Source of the DNA: Faecousia sp.
Lineage (GTDB): Bacteria > Bacillota > Clostridia > Oscillospirales > Oscillospiraceae
Direction of reading: 5' to 3'
DNA: 64,000 nucleotides
Assembly (NCBI GenBank): GCA_045589055.1
Contig: JAZNFH010000039.1
Location: 119-64,118, forward strand
Shown here: positions 9,979 through 19,795 of the stretch, in pieces
Layout: every line of letters starts with the position of its first letter
Numbering within the stretch: position 1 is the first letter of the stretch
The notes under the pieces: generated by a model
Database searches by the model: none
What the model was told of the DNA's origin: nothing
The model's input: the letters and a program-made list of their open reading frames with translations, nothing else
Position numbers and translations under genes: made by a program

Positions 9979-10269
9979 ATGTCTGAAGAGAAGACTGTTT
10001 TAATGTACAAAGGCCGGCCACTGATGCGTATGGATAATTTGATTTACTACGGCTCTATGGCTGACAGCCACATTGTGATGCTGCAAATTCTGGAAACAAA
10101 GACCGTCGGCAACACCGAAATTGCTTCCAGAGTATCCGTACAGCTGCAATTAACGGATTCTGCTGTCAGAAGCCGCGACCGTGTGGTTAAAAAAGGCGAA
10201 AAGTCCGGTTTATACACTGCTCTTGATTTTGGCAGTGTGTGGCTGGAACGAGCCCTTGCCGGTAAATAA
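9979..10269 (+). CDS. Hypothetical protein
   Basis: AAGGAGG RBS, 96 aa, followed by terminator hairpin. Confidence 0.75.
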   Translation: MSEEKTVLMYKGRPLMRMDNLIYYGSMADSHIVMLQILETKTVGNTEIASRVSVQLQLTDSAVRSRDRVVKKGEKSGLYTALDFGSVWLERALAGK

Positions 10270-10397
10270 GGTTAAAACTGCCAGCACATTTGTGTTGGCA
10301 GTATCTTTTTGGGAAATACTAAAATACTTAAGAATTGTCCGCTTGCAAAAAATGACGGAATGCGGTATACTAAAGAAAAATGCGAAGGTGTGATTGT

Positions 10398-11870
10398 ATG
10401 GATGAACGACAAGAACGCCAGCAAAGCTTCCCTCCGGTAAGACGCAGAAAGAAGGTACCTAAGTGGAAGCGCATGCTGCGTAAATACTGGCCTCCCGTTC
10501 GCTTTGGCCTGATTATAGTTGCTTTTGTGGCAGTGCTCTCATGGGGCATTGGCGCGATCGTAGATGGCATTCGTCTTGGCAGTGCAAATGATCACAATGA
10601 TACGAAACCGGTAGAAACAACTACAGAACCCACCCTTTCTCAAGAGGAAATCAATTCTCTGGCGGAGCAATTGATGAAGGATGCAGAAAAGGCTACCCTG
10701 GGCTTTGATTACCGTGGTGCGATCAATATGCTGGAAACCTTTGAATACTATGAACAGTTTCCGCAGATGGCAACGATGATCGAAAAATATGAAACCGAGG
10801 ATGCCAAGCTTGTCAGTTGGGGAGATATGGGAAAGGTAACCCATGTCTTTTTCCACTCCTTGATCTATGATACTTCCAGAGCATTTGATAAAGATGCAGA
10901 CCAGAAGGGTTACAACCAGTATATGACAACCTGCGATGAATTCTGGGCCATGTTGGAAGAAATGTATGCAAGAGGATATATTCTGGTAAGTCCTTATGAT
11001 GTCGCCTATGAGGTAAAAAGCCCAGACGGAAACTTCTTCTCATGGGGCGATATCCGCATCCCGGAAGGCAGGATTCCCTTTATCATGAGTCAGGATGATG
11101 TGAACTATTACGGTTACATGATCGGCACCGGCAGCGGTGTCAACGAAACACCAGTCTTTGCAGATACCAACGGCGACGGCTTTGCCCATCGAATTGTGAT
11201 TGGTGATGATGGCTATCCGACTTGTGAATATATGGATAAGGACGGCAATGTAACCACCGGTGACTACGACCTAGTTCCTCTTCTGGAGAAATTCATTCAG
11301 CTGCATCCCGACTTCTCCTACCATGGTGCCCGCGCTGTCCTAGGCATGACCGGTTACGAAGGCGTTTTTGGCTACCGCACCAAACCCAGCTATGAGGCTG
11401 CGCTTGGTCGTGAAAAGTATCAGCAGGAAGTAGAAGCTGCAAAGAAGGTTGCCCAGTGCCTGCGTGATCATGGTTGGATTCTTGCCAGCCACTCCTACGG
11501 ACATCCTGCATATGGCAATATTGAAGCAGAAAATGTCCGCGTTGATTCCGACAAGTGGGAAGCCACTGTGCAGCCGATCATCGGCGATACGGATATTATT
11601 CTCTATCCCCATGGCTCGGATATCTCTGACGCAAATCCTTATACCTTTGAGAATCTCAAATTTGCTGCTTTATATGAGGACGGATACCGTTACTTCTTCA
11701 ATGTAGACAGCAATAAATACTGGAGTCAATTGGGGGCAAACTACTACCGCGGCGGACGCAGAAATCTGGACGGTTACCGCATGTGGCATCACCCCAAGCG
11801 GTTGGAGGATCTCTTCACAGTTGCAGATGTCTTTGACGATGCCCGTCCCACTCCCGTACCGAAAATCTAA
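10398..11870 (+). CDS. Membrane-anchored polysaccharide deacetylase family protein
   Basis: N-terminal TM, HVFFHSL, SQDD, ASHSYGH, YPHG motifs. Confidence 0.8.
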   Translation: MDERQERQQSFPPVRRRKKVPKWKRMLRKYWPPVRFGLIIVAFVAVLSWGIGAIVDGIRLGSANDHNDTKPVETTTEPTLSQEEINSLAEQLMKDAEKATLGFDYRGAINMLETFEYYEQFPQMATMIEKYETEDAKLVSWGDMGKVTHVFFHSLIYDTSRAFDKDADQKGYNQYMTTCDEFWAMLEEMYARGYILVSPYDVAYEVKSPDGNFFSWGDIRIPEGRIPFIMSQDDVNYYGYMIGTGSGVNETPVFADTNGDGFAHRIVIGDDGYPTCEYMDKDGNVTTGDYDLVPLLEKFIQLHPDFSYHGARAVLGMTGYEGVFGYRTKPSYEAALGREKYQQEVEAAKKVAQCLRDHGWILASHSYGHPAYGNIEAENVRVDSDKWEATVQPIIGDTDIILYPHGSDISDANPYTFENLKFAALYEDGYRYFFNVDSNKYWSQLGANYYRGGRRNLDGYRMWHHPKRLEDLFTVADVFDDARPTPVPKI

Positions 11871-11871
11871 C

Positions 11872-11902
11872 AAAAGCCCGGTCCAAAAGGACCGGGCTTT
11901 TT
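11872..11902. terminator. Bidirectional intrinsic terminator
   Basis: AAAAGCCCGGTCC-AAAA-GGACCGGGCTTTTT between convergent genes. Confidence 0.9.
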
Positions 11903-12839
11903 ATTTCAGCACACCGGAAAGCGACAGGAAATCATAAATTGTTTTTTCATATAGCTCAGGATCTGTGAAGTAGCTGAGCGCATGACCGGCACCTGGAAAT
12001 ACAACCAATTCCACCATACCGTTACAGGCAGCGTAGATTTGCCGGCTCATATCGCAAGGCACAAACCGGTCATCATCCCCATGGATCAGCAGAATCGGAA
12101 TGCGTGTTCTTTTAACCGACTCTATCGGACTGGATTCCCACAATTTAAACTTGCCGAAAATCAATGCTCCGATCACAACAAAGGGATAGGAAATACCTGG
12201 AGGAAGCTTAATATCTCTGCTCACCTTCTTTATGATTTCCTCCGGATCGGAGTATGGGCAATCGGCTACAATGGCAGCCACATTTGATGGCAGTTCCAAT
12301 GAGGATGCCATTAGGACTGTGGCCGCTCCCATGGAAACGCCGGACAATACAATAGGAATATCGTGGCCAAATCGTTCTGCCGCATAATTCGCCCAAGCCT
12401 GGCAATCATATCGCTCCTTAATTCCAAAAGTTATGGTATGCCCACCACTTTTTCCGTGCGCACGCTCATCCACCGAAAGGACATTAAAGCCCAGTTTCAT
12501 GGCAAGACGGTTATTTCCGGAGAATTCCCGCTTGGCATTCCCCCGATATCCGTGGAACAATATGAGAATTGGTGCATTATCCTTAAAGTGGTAGTATCTG
12601 CCGGCGAGATGCAGTCCGTCTTTGGCCGTTATGCTAACCAATTCGTAAGAAAGCTGATCGACCTCATAGATCAATTCCAGAATCCTGTCTGCTACAGCCT
12701 CATATTGCTTCCCTGGGGGTATCGCATAGATATCCTGTTCTGCTTCATTTAAACTATAAAAAGCCATCCGGTAGCAAAATCTGCTGATAAGCAGAATCCC
12801 GCCCATAATGATTACGATTACTGCCAGAAGCCAAAGCAT
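11901..12839 (-). CDS. Alpha/beta hydrolase (YqkD-like)
   Basis: HGY, GVSMG nucleophile elbow, HGDDD..VP, GAGH; GGAGG RBS before 12839. Confidence 0.88.
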   Translation of the reverse strand: MLWLLAVIVIIMGGILLISRFCYRMAFYSLNEAEQDIYAIPPGKQYEAVADRILELIYEVDQLSYELVSITAKDGLHLAGRYYHFKDNAPILILFHGYRGNAKREFSGNNRLAMKLGFNVLSVDERAHGKSGGHTITFGIKERYDCQAWANYAAERFGHDIPIVLSGVSMGAATVLMASSLELPSNVAAIVADCPYSDPEEIIKKVSRDIKLPPGISYPFVVIGALIFGKFKLWESSPIESVKRTRIPILLIHGDDDRFVPCDMSRQIYAACNGMVELVVFPGAGHALSYFTDPELYEKTIYDFLSLSGVLK

Positions 12840-12965
12840 ATTTATTTTTCCTCCAAAGTACCATTGCTTGACACACAAAGTGTTCCGATATATTCTATGC
12901 GCTAAAAAGGATGAATATTCCAACTCTGGGTATTCTATGATAAAGACTATCAGGAGGTTTCATTT

Positions 12966-13946
12966 ATGTGTACAGCGCTGACCTACCAAACAAAGGACTT
13001 TTATTTCGGCAGAAATCTTGACCTGCATTTCTCCTATCAGGAGGCCGTAACCATCACGCCAAGAGCATATCCATTCTTGTTCCGCTGCGGAAAGAAACTG
13101 GAAAAGCATTACGCTTTGATCGGCGTTGCCACTGTGGCGGATGGTTATCCTCTGTATTATGACGCAACAAACGAAAAAGGTCTGAGTCTTGCCGGCTTGA
13201 ACTTTCCGGAAAACGCAGTTTATTATGCCAATATTGATGGGTTGGATAATATTGCGCCCTTTGAATTGATTCCCTGGATTCTCGGACAGTGTGCAACTGC
13301 AGCGGAAGCACTCCAGATGCTAAGTAAACTAAATCTTTGGAAAACACCCTTCAACGAAAAGTATTCGCTCTCCCCTCTTCACTGGATCCTGGCAGACAAG
13401 CAGCAGTGTTTTGTGCTGGAGCCCATGTCAGAGGGGTTAAAAATCCATGAGAATCCCGTTGGCATCCTTACAAACAATCCCCCATTTGATTATCACATGT
13501 ATCATCTGGCAGACTATATGAATGTCACTGCAAAGACTCCACAAAACCGTTTTTCCGGAAAGATCTCGCTGAGACCCTACAGTCTCGGCATGGGCGGGAT
13601 CGGCCTTCCGGGTGATCTTTCTTCGCCTTCACGGTTTGTTAAGGCAACATTTACAAAACTGAACTCAGTTTGTGAAGAAACAGAAGTCGAAAGCATCAGT
13701 CAGTTCTTCCACATATTAGGAAGTGTTGCACAACAAAAAGGACTGACAGAAGTGGCAGATAATGAATTTGAGTATACTGTTTACAGCAGCTGCTGTAATA
13801 CCGAGAAGGGACTGTTCTACTATACCACCTATGAGAACAGCCAAATCAGCTGCATAAACATGCATAAAGAGAACTTGGAAGGGATGAATCTCGTCTCATA
13901 TCCTTTGATCAGAAGCCAACAGATTCACATGCAGAACGGAGTATAA
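12966..13946 (+). CDS. bsh: Choloylglycine hydrolase (bile salt hydrolase family, Ntn hydrolase)
   Basis: N-terminal MCT, FGRNLD, NEKGL, LTNNP, LPGDLSSPSRF. Confidence 0.9.
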   Translation: MCTALTYQTKDFYFGRNLDLHFSYQEAVTITPRAYPFLFRCGKKLEKHYALIGVATVADGYPLYYDATNEKGLSLAGLNFPENAVYYANIDGLDNIAPFELIPWILGQCATAAEALQMLSKLNLWKTPFNEKYSLSPLHWILADKQQCFVLEPMSEGLKIHENPVGILTNNPPFDYHMYHLADYMNVTAKTPQNRFSGKISLRPYSLGMGGIGLPGDLSSPSRFVKATFTKLNSVCEETEVESISQFFHILGSVAQQKGLTEVADNEFEYTVYSSCCNTEKGLFYYTTYENSQISCINMHKENLEGMNLVSYPLIRSQQIHMQNGV

Positions 13947-13948
13947 AC

Positions 13949-14283
13949 ATGTATTACACACAATATTCCTCTCCTCTGGGATTGCTGACCATTGTAAGTA
14001 ATGGTCAGCAAATCATCGGACTTAGGATGGATGGACAAAAACATTTCGGATTCCCTACGGCACAACGGTCACCTACGGTGAGATTGCCGGTCATATCGCA
14101 GAAACCACCGGCAAAAGAACATCAGCCCATGCCGTTGCGAATGCTGTTGGAAAAAATCCTATCAGTATTCTGATTCCCTGTCACAGAGTTGTCGGCATGA
14201 AGCAAAAGCTGACCGGTTATGCCGGTGGTATTGACAGGAAAACCTTCTTACTCGAATTAGAGCAGAAATCTACACAACCTTAA
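13949..14283 (+). pseudogene. ogt: O6-methylguanine-DNA methyltransferase with internal deletion and frameshift
   Basis: MYYTQYSSPLG N-terminus; second frame from 14050 gives IPYGTTVTYGEIA...NPISILIPCHRVVG...YAGG, stop 14281-14283; central segment missing. Confidence 0.85.
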
Positions 14284-16090
14284 CATGATACTGCTGCATC
14301 CAGAAATCGATCTGCAGAATATAGGCAATGGTCTGGGGCAGGCGCATCAGCTGACCATACCAAGGCCACAGATGTTCCTCTGTCAGCAGTGTTTTCACGG
14401 TATCTATGTTTATTAATTGGAACAACGGTCGCTGCGGAGATTCCAATAAATGTTTCAATTCACCGATAACCATTGACAGGTACCGAGGATCCCATGTTTT
14501 TGGATAAGGACTTTTCTTTCTCCATAATACTTCGTCCGGAAGCAACCCAGTCATTGCAGTACGCAGCAACCCCTTTTCTCTTCCTTGATGATCCTTATAT
14601 GCCCATGGAACGCTGTACAGATACTCAGCAATCCGGTAATCACAGAACGGAACCCGCACTTCCAGACCGTTGTACATGCTCATTCGGTCCTTCCGGTCCA
14701 GCAATGTTTGCATGAACCATCGGTAATTTAGATTCACCATTTCTTTCATCCGCCGCTCCAGTGGTTCCGCCCCAGGCAGAATGTCGGTTTCCTTAACCGT
14801 CTGCCGATATCGATCCATTACGAATTCCTCGCAATTCAAGCTTTCTCTGAATTGGGGATGTAGAAACGATGCCCGATAAGCGGTATTCTGCGCCCAGGGA
14901 AAGCCTTCTGCCGCACGAACCGACGGGTCACGATACCAAGGATAGCCACCAAATATCTCATCCGCACACTCTCCGGACAAGGCAACCTTCACATCATTTC
15001 GTATTTCACCGCAGAACAATAACAAGGAAAAATCCACATCTGCCATTCCCGGAAGATCACGGGCGCAGGTCGCATCCTGTAGTGCACCAAGAAGGGCATC
15101 TGATTCCAATACTGTCCAGTGGTGCTGCGTGTTTAGTGCTTGCTGCATCAATCGAATGTATGCCCCGTCGGAATTAGGTTGGAATTTATTCGGTGTGAAG
15201 TATTTATCATTATCCGCATAATCGACCGAGAATGTGTCAAGCTTCCCTCCCTTTTCTTTCGTCTTTTGCGCGCAAACAGCGCTGATCAAGCTGGAGTCCA
15301 ATCCGCCGGACAAGAATGTCCCAATAGGAACATCGGATACCATCTGCCGCTGGATAGCATCTGTCACCAGATAGCGTACCATTTCTGCTGTTTCGGCAAA
15401 GGATTCCCGGTGCTCTCTGTCAGTTAGCTTCCAGTATTGATGCTTTTTCATGGTTCCCTGTTCATACCAGGCACACCAGCCGGGTTCCAGTTCATAAATC
15501 CCTTTGAACACGCCGCTGCCCGGTGTTCTTCCTGGTCCGAGGAGCAATAGCTCTGCTGCTCCGGCAGCATCAATTTCTGCCGAAACAGAAGGATATGCTA
15601 AAATTGTTTTTATTTCAGAAGCGAACATCAAACCGCCGCAATGCTCGCGGTAAAATAATGGTTTAACCCCCATACGGTCTCTGGCAAGGAACAATCTTCT
15701 GCGTTTTTCTTCATACACCCCAAAGGCAAATATGCCATTGAGGTGCTGCAAGCACACCTCTTTCCAGTGTATGTACGCATGCAGCACAACCTCTGTATCA
15801 GAATGACCCTCAAATCGATGCCCCAGCGCAGTCAATGTCTGGCGGATTTCTTCCGTATTGTAGAGTTCACCATTATAGGTAATGGTGTATACCTCCCCTT
15901 CCAACGATACGGTCATCGGCTGCCTGCCGCCTAGAAGATCGATAATTGCCAGTCTTGTATGTAGCAGTGTACAGTCATCGGATCGGTAGACGCCTTTTCC
16001 GTCCGGACCTCTGCGTGACATAGTTGCTAAAAGCTTCTCTGCTGTCCGATCATCGCAGTCCAGTCCCAAAATTCCCGCAATTGCGCACAT
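14270..16090 (-). CDS. asnB: Asparagine synthase, glutamine-hydrolysing (AsnO-like)
   Basis: MCAIAG, RRGPD, NGELYN, LSGGLDSS, SGECADE, EVRVPF. Confidence 0.95.
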   Translation of the reverse strand: MCAIAGILGLDCDDRTAEKLLATMSRRGPDGKGVYRSDDCTLLHTRLAIIDLLGGRQPMTVSLEGEVYTITYNGELYNTEEIRQTLTALGHRFEGHSDTEVVLHAYIHWKEVCLQHLNGIFAFGVYEEKRRRLFLARDRMGVKPLFYREHCGGLMFASEIKTILAYPSVSAEIDAAGAAELLLLGPGRTPGSGVFKGIYELEPGWCAWYEQGTMKKHQYWKLTDREHRESFAETAEMVRYLVTDAIQRQMVSDVPIGTFLSGGLDSSLISAVCAQKTKEKGGKLDTFSVDYADNDKYFTPNKFQPNSDGAYIRLMQQALNTQHHWTVLESDALLGALQDATCARDLPGMADVDFSLLLFCGEIRNDVKVALSGECADEIFGGYPWYRDPSVRAAEGFPWAQNTAYRASFLHPQFRESLNCEEFVMDRYRQTVKETDILPGAEPLERRMKEMVNLNYRWFMQTLLDRKDRMSMYNGLEVRVPFCDYRIAEYLYSVPWAYKDHQGREKGLLRTAMTGLLPDEVLWRKKSPYPKTWDPRYLSMVIGELKHLLESPQRPLFQLINIDTVKTLLTEEHLWPWYGQLMRLPQTIAYILQIDFWMQQYHVKVV

Positions 16091-16117
16091 AACAAATTCC
16101 CTTCCTTTCCTGATACA

Positions 16118-16189
16118 GTGTATGCACTTGCTGATAAATGCGTAACGGATTTTCTTCTTTCAGCAGTATGATACACATCAACCGGGGTA
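16118..16189. promoter_or_regulatory. Back-to-back sporulation-type promoter region (sigmaK-like for asnB, sigmaF/G-like for the 16210 gene); coordinates approximate
   Basis: Minus: AC-N17-CATACACT; plus: GTATG-N15-GGTATACTG. Confidence 0.4.
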
Positions 16190-16209
16190 TACTGTAAGCG
16201 GTGATTAAA

Positions 16210-16638
16210 ATGAGTGAAAGCAAACAATTATTAGATTCCATTATCTCTACTGTGCAAATGGGTCAGATCGGCATTCGAAGCGTCATGGACCGGGCCGTGC
16301 GAACGGATTTTAAAAAGGCGCTGAAATCTCAGCTTGCGGAATACGATACCGTTGAAACAGAAGCCCATGCCATTGCTGCAGCCAGGGGCTGGGAGCTTAA
16401 GGAAGTAAATCCTGCGGTTCGTTCCATGTCGGAGGCTATGGCAAGAATGCGGCTAAGTTTTGGCGGCAATGACTCTAAAATTGCAGCTATGATGATCCAA
16501 GGTAACACCCGCGGCATGATCATTGGACTTAAGGACCAGCACCGATTTCCCAGAGCCGACAGTGATGTCAAAGGTCTTTCCCAAAAGCTTTTGGACTGTG
16601 AGCATGTCAATATTCAGCAAATGCAGGGATACTTGTGA
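16210..16638 (+). CDS. Hypothetical all-helical (ferritin-like?) protein
   Basis: Helical ORF with GCGGTGA RBS-like site; SKIAAMMIQGN motif. Confidence 0.7.
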   Translation: MSESKQLLDSIISTVQMGQIGIRSVMDRAVRTDFKKALKSQLAEYDTVETEAHAIAAARGWELKEVNPAVRSMSEAMARMRLSFGGNDSKIAAMMIQGNTRGMIIGLKDQHRFPRADSDVKGLSQKLLDCEHVNIQQMQGYL

Positions 16639-16699
16639 TCCCTGCACTTTTTTATTACTCATGCATACTATATTTTGAACCTTGAAAGGAGGGATTTTC

Positions 16700-17080
16700 C
16701 TGGCATCCACCGGATACATACAAGTCAGCGCATTCACCAGCAGAGCCAGAATTCCATTGGAGAATGTAGCCGTTATGATAACGCAACCGGATGGCAGCGC
16801 CATTGCTATGCGGCTTACAAATCGCAGCGGCCAGATTGAACCGGTTCCCATTCCGGTACCGGACAAAGCATCCAGCCAGTCGCCGGACACCGGAATCATA
16901 CCCTTTACCACCGTAAACATATATGCAAGATTGGAAAATTTTGAGCAAATTGAAGCGGAAAATGTGCAGGTTTTTGCAGGAACCATCACCAATCAGAATC
17001 TGGAAATGATTCCACTGGCTGAATTCCCGGATCAATGGACGAAAGCAGAAATTTTCAAAACTCCACCTCAGAATTTATAG
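16700..17080 (+). CDS. Stand-alone SleC pro-domain-like / carboxypeptidase-regulatory-like protein, probable CTG start
   Basis: G.IQV..PLENVAV..TNRSGQ..P...P..VQVF..QNLEMIP pattern; AGGAGG 7 nt before CTG at 16700; sigmaK-like AC-N16-CATACTATA upstream. Confidence 0.7.
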   Translation: MASTGYIQVSAFTSRARIPLENVAVMITQPDGSAIAMRLTNRSGQIEPVPIPVPDKASSQSPDTGIIPFTTVNIYARLENFEQIEAENVQVFAGTITNQNLEMIPLAEFPDQWTKAEIFKTPPQNL

Positions 17081-17090
17081 GAGGTATAAC

Positions 17091-18401
17091 ATGCCGCCGG
17101 TCGTAACACCTTATGTACCCGAGCAGATCACCGTCCATCTCGGACCGCCATCCTCCAATGCAGAGAATGTTACTGTAGACTTTTCCGATTATGTAAAAAA
17201 TGTCGCATCCAGCGAAATCTACCCGACATGGGACGAAAGCGCACTAAGGGCCAATATTTTGGCAATTGTATCCTTCGCACTAAACCGGATATACACCGAG
17301 TTTTACAGAAGCCGTGGTTATGATTTTGATATTACCAGTTCCACGGCCTATGACCAGTTTTTCGTAAAAGGCAGAAGCTACTTTGAAAATGTTTCCCGGT
17401 TGGTAGATGAGCTGTTTAATGATTATCTGCGCAGACCTGGTTTTGTAGAACCGCTTGCGGCAAAATTCTGCAACGGTACCACTGTCACCTGCGAAGGTTT
17501 AAGTCAATGGGGCAGCCAAAATCTGGCGCAGCAGGGGTATAACTCCGCACAGATCCTGCAGAGTTATTACGGAAATGTGGAAACTGTCTTGAATGCACCG
17601 ATCCGAGGACTTGTATCCTCATATCCCGGCACGCCGCTGCGTGTTGGCAGTACCGGGCCAAGTGTTGTAACACTGCAGGTAGCATTGAATCGAATTGCCC
17701 AGAGTTATCCGGCCATCCCCAAAATACCCACCGCAGACGGCATTTTTGGCAGCCGTACAGAGGCAACCGTTCGGGCTTTCCAGCAGATATTTAATCTTAC
17801 ACCGGACGGAATCGTCGGTCCGGCCACCTGGTATGCGATTGTCAGACTCTATACCGCAGTCACAAGACTTGCTGAGCTGCGAAGTCAAGGACAGCAATTC
17901 TATTCCATCAACTGGTCGCCGCCAAACGCATTACAGCAAGGCAATACCGGAGAGAAGGTTCGTCAACTGCAATACATGCTTTCCATCCTGTCTGACTTTA
18001 TACCATCTATACCTCCACTAACAATCGATGGTGTTTATGGGCAGGCAACAAGAAGTGCGGTTCTGGCTGCACAGAGAAGATTTGGCCTTCCGGAAACAGG
18101 TGTCGTAGATGCCAGAACATGGAACGAGATATATGACCAGTTCTCAGGTATTGAAAACACAAGCCTTCGCAGCAGAGAAACTTTCCCGGAACCAAACACT
18201 GCACCTCAGTCAGCAGCAAATGCCCGAGCCGTAACCGCTGGAAATTTCCCCGTTCGCAGCAACGGCAGAAGACCTGCTCCGCAGCCATCGCAAGAAGGAG
18301 ACCGCATCCCCTATAGAAGGACAACAACCCTTACCCAATTCCCAGGCATGGATCTAAGGGTTGGTATGCAGGATCCCATCAGTCAGGAGGTGGTTCGATG
18401 A
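17091..18401 (+). CDS. sleC: SleC-like spore cortex-lytic enzyme (catalytic plus peptidoglycan-binding domains)
   Basis: VPEQITVHLG, DYVKNVASSEIYPTW, LNRIYTEFY, SQWGS; two DG.FG/YG PG-binding repeats. Confidence 0.85.
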   Translation: MPPVVTPYVPEQITVHLGPPSSNAENVTVDFSDYVKNVASSEIYPTWDESALRANILAIVSFALNRIYTEFYRSRGYDFDITSSTAYDQFFVKGRSYFENVSRLVDELFNDYLRRPGFVEPLAAKFCNGTTVTCEGLSQWGSQNLAQQGYNSAQILQSYYGNVETVLNAPIRGLVSSYPGTPLRVGSTGPSVVTLQVALNRIAQSYPAIPKIPTADGIFGSRTEATVRAFQQIFNLTPDGIVGPATWYAIVRLYTAVTRLAELRSQGQQFYSINWSPPNALQQGNTGEKVRQLQYMLSILSDFIPSIPPLTIDGVYGQATRSAVLAAQRRFGLPETGVVDARTWNEIYDQFSGIENTSLRSRETFPEPNTAPQSAANARAVTAGNFPVRSNGRRPAPQPSQEGDRIPYRRTTTLTQFPGMDLRVGMQDPISQEVVR

Positions 18402-18928
18402 GACCCGCAGAATCCTTTGTCGCGCAGCCAATCCGAAGTCTGCAAACCATGCTTCGTGTTATTGCGGAGGACGATCCAACCCTGCCAACCCTTGTGCCGG
18501 ACGGAATCTATGAGCAGCCAACTATCACTGCTGTATCTGCATTTCAAAGAAGAACCGGCCTTCCTGTGACCGGCGTTACGGATCAACAAACATGGGATGC
18601 AATTGTAGATGCCTACGAGAAGGCTTATGTTCGTATAGCCAAGGCAGAACCAATTGAAATCATTATGGATCCCGGAAAAGTCTACCGTCTGGGAGAATAC
18701 AGTCCCAATCTCTACCTGCTGCAAAGTATGCTGCTGTTTTTATCGCAGTTGCACCCCAGTATTGATACACCAAGCCATAACGGTACCCTGGACTCCCCTA
18801 CCTCTGAAGCGCTGGCCGGTTTCCAATTACTGGCAGGACTGCCCCCAACAGGAGAATTGGATAAGCTAACATGGAAATACCTTGTGAATCAATTTACACT
18901 GAATGCGAACCGACAGGACCAATTATGA
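18398..18928 (+). CDS. Peptidoglycan-binding domain protein
   Basis: DGIY..T..AV.AFQ..GLPVTG.D..TW repeated twice. Confidence 0.85.
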   Translation: MRPAESFVAQPIRSLQTMLRVIAEDDPTLPTLVPDGIYEQPTITAVSAFQRRTGLPVTGVTDQQTWDAIVDAYEKAYVRIAKAEPIEIIMDPGKVYRLGEYSPNLYLLQSMLLFLSQLHPSIDTPSHNGTLDSPTSEALAGFQLLAGLPPTGELDKLTWKYLVNQFTLNANRQDQL

Positions 18929-19030
18929 TATATTTGTTAATTTTCTATAATAGCATTGGTTTAGGGTTGATTAAACAGAACAAAATGCGTATAATACCTA
19001 TCAAGGCATAATTTACCATGCCTCGGAGGA

Positions 19031-19621
19031 ATGATCATGATCATTAAAGATTGGAAAAAAGATATATTAACCATACCAAATCTTCTGAGTTTGTTCCGTC
19101 TGCTTTTGATTCCTGTATATATCATCGTCTATCTCAATGCACAGGATGCCAGCCATTACTATCTTTCCGCTGCTATCCTTGCTGTATCCTGCATGACTGA
19201 TCTGATTGACGGAAAAATCGCGCGTCACTTTAATATGATCTCAACTGTCGGGAAAATACTGGATCCACTGGCAGACAAAGCAACACAGTTCTCTTTGATT
19301 TTGTGTTTGGCTGTCCGGTATCCAAAGCTACTGCACCTTGGAATCCTGTTTGTGATAAAAGAGGGCTTTCAGCTAATTGCGGGCGGATTTGCCCTTAGAA
19401 AAGGTATGATGCTTCAGGGTGCGCTTTTTGCAGGCAAAATCTGTACTACTGTCCTGTTTGTCAGCTTGATTCTGCTGGTAATGCTCCCGGAAATGGATTA
19501 TAGGTTAGTTCAACTGCTTATTGCTTTGGATGCTGTCTTTATGATCATATCCTTTATCAGTTATATCCTCGCATACTTTGGAAAACATAAGAAGATTTTC
19601 AACATAATCGACGAATCCTAA
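19031..19621 (+). CDS. CDP-alcohol phosphatidyltransferase (PgsA-like)
   Basis: TIPNLLSLFR, DLIDGKIAR...GKILDPLADK. Confidence 0.92.
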   Translation: MIMIIKDWKKDILTIPNLLSLFRLLLIPVYIIVYLNAQDASHYYLSAAILAVSCMTDLIDGKIARHFNMISTVGKILDPLADKATQFSLILCLAVRYPKLLHLGILFVIKEGFQLIAGGFALRKGMMLQGALFAGKICTTVLFVSLILLVMLPEMDYRLVQLLIALDAVFMIISFISYILAYFGKHKKIFNIIDES

Positions 19622-19651
19622 TCCCGGAGATCTCCTCCGGGATTATTTTAT

Positions 19652-19795
19652 AAAAAATGAGCCGGCAACGCCGGCTCAAGTGGTTGTTTATGCCCAGTGT
19701 GTCACGAAAGCATTGTCGCCATATCCGCAGATCTTTCCACGACATCAACACCCTCCACCGGACTCTTTCTCACCTGCGATGTCATAGAGTTCTCT
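19652..19795 (-). ncRNA. Candidate sRNA (or small-ORF mRNA) with sigmaE-like promoter and own terminator
   Basis: GCATATT..CATATAT promoter at 19827-19801, G-U-containing 5' stem, terminator TGAGCCGGC-GTT-GCCGGCTCA-TTTTTT. Confidence 0.45.
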
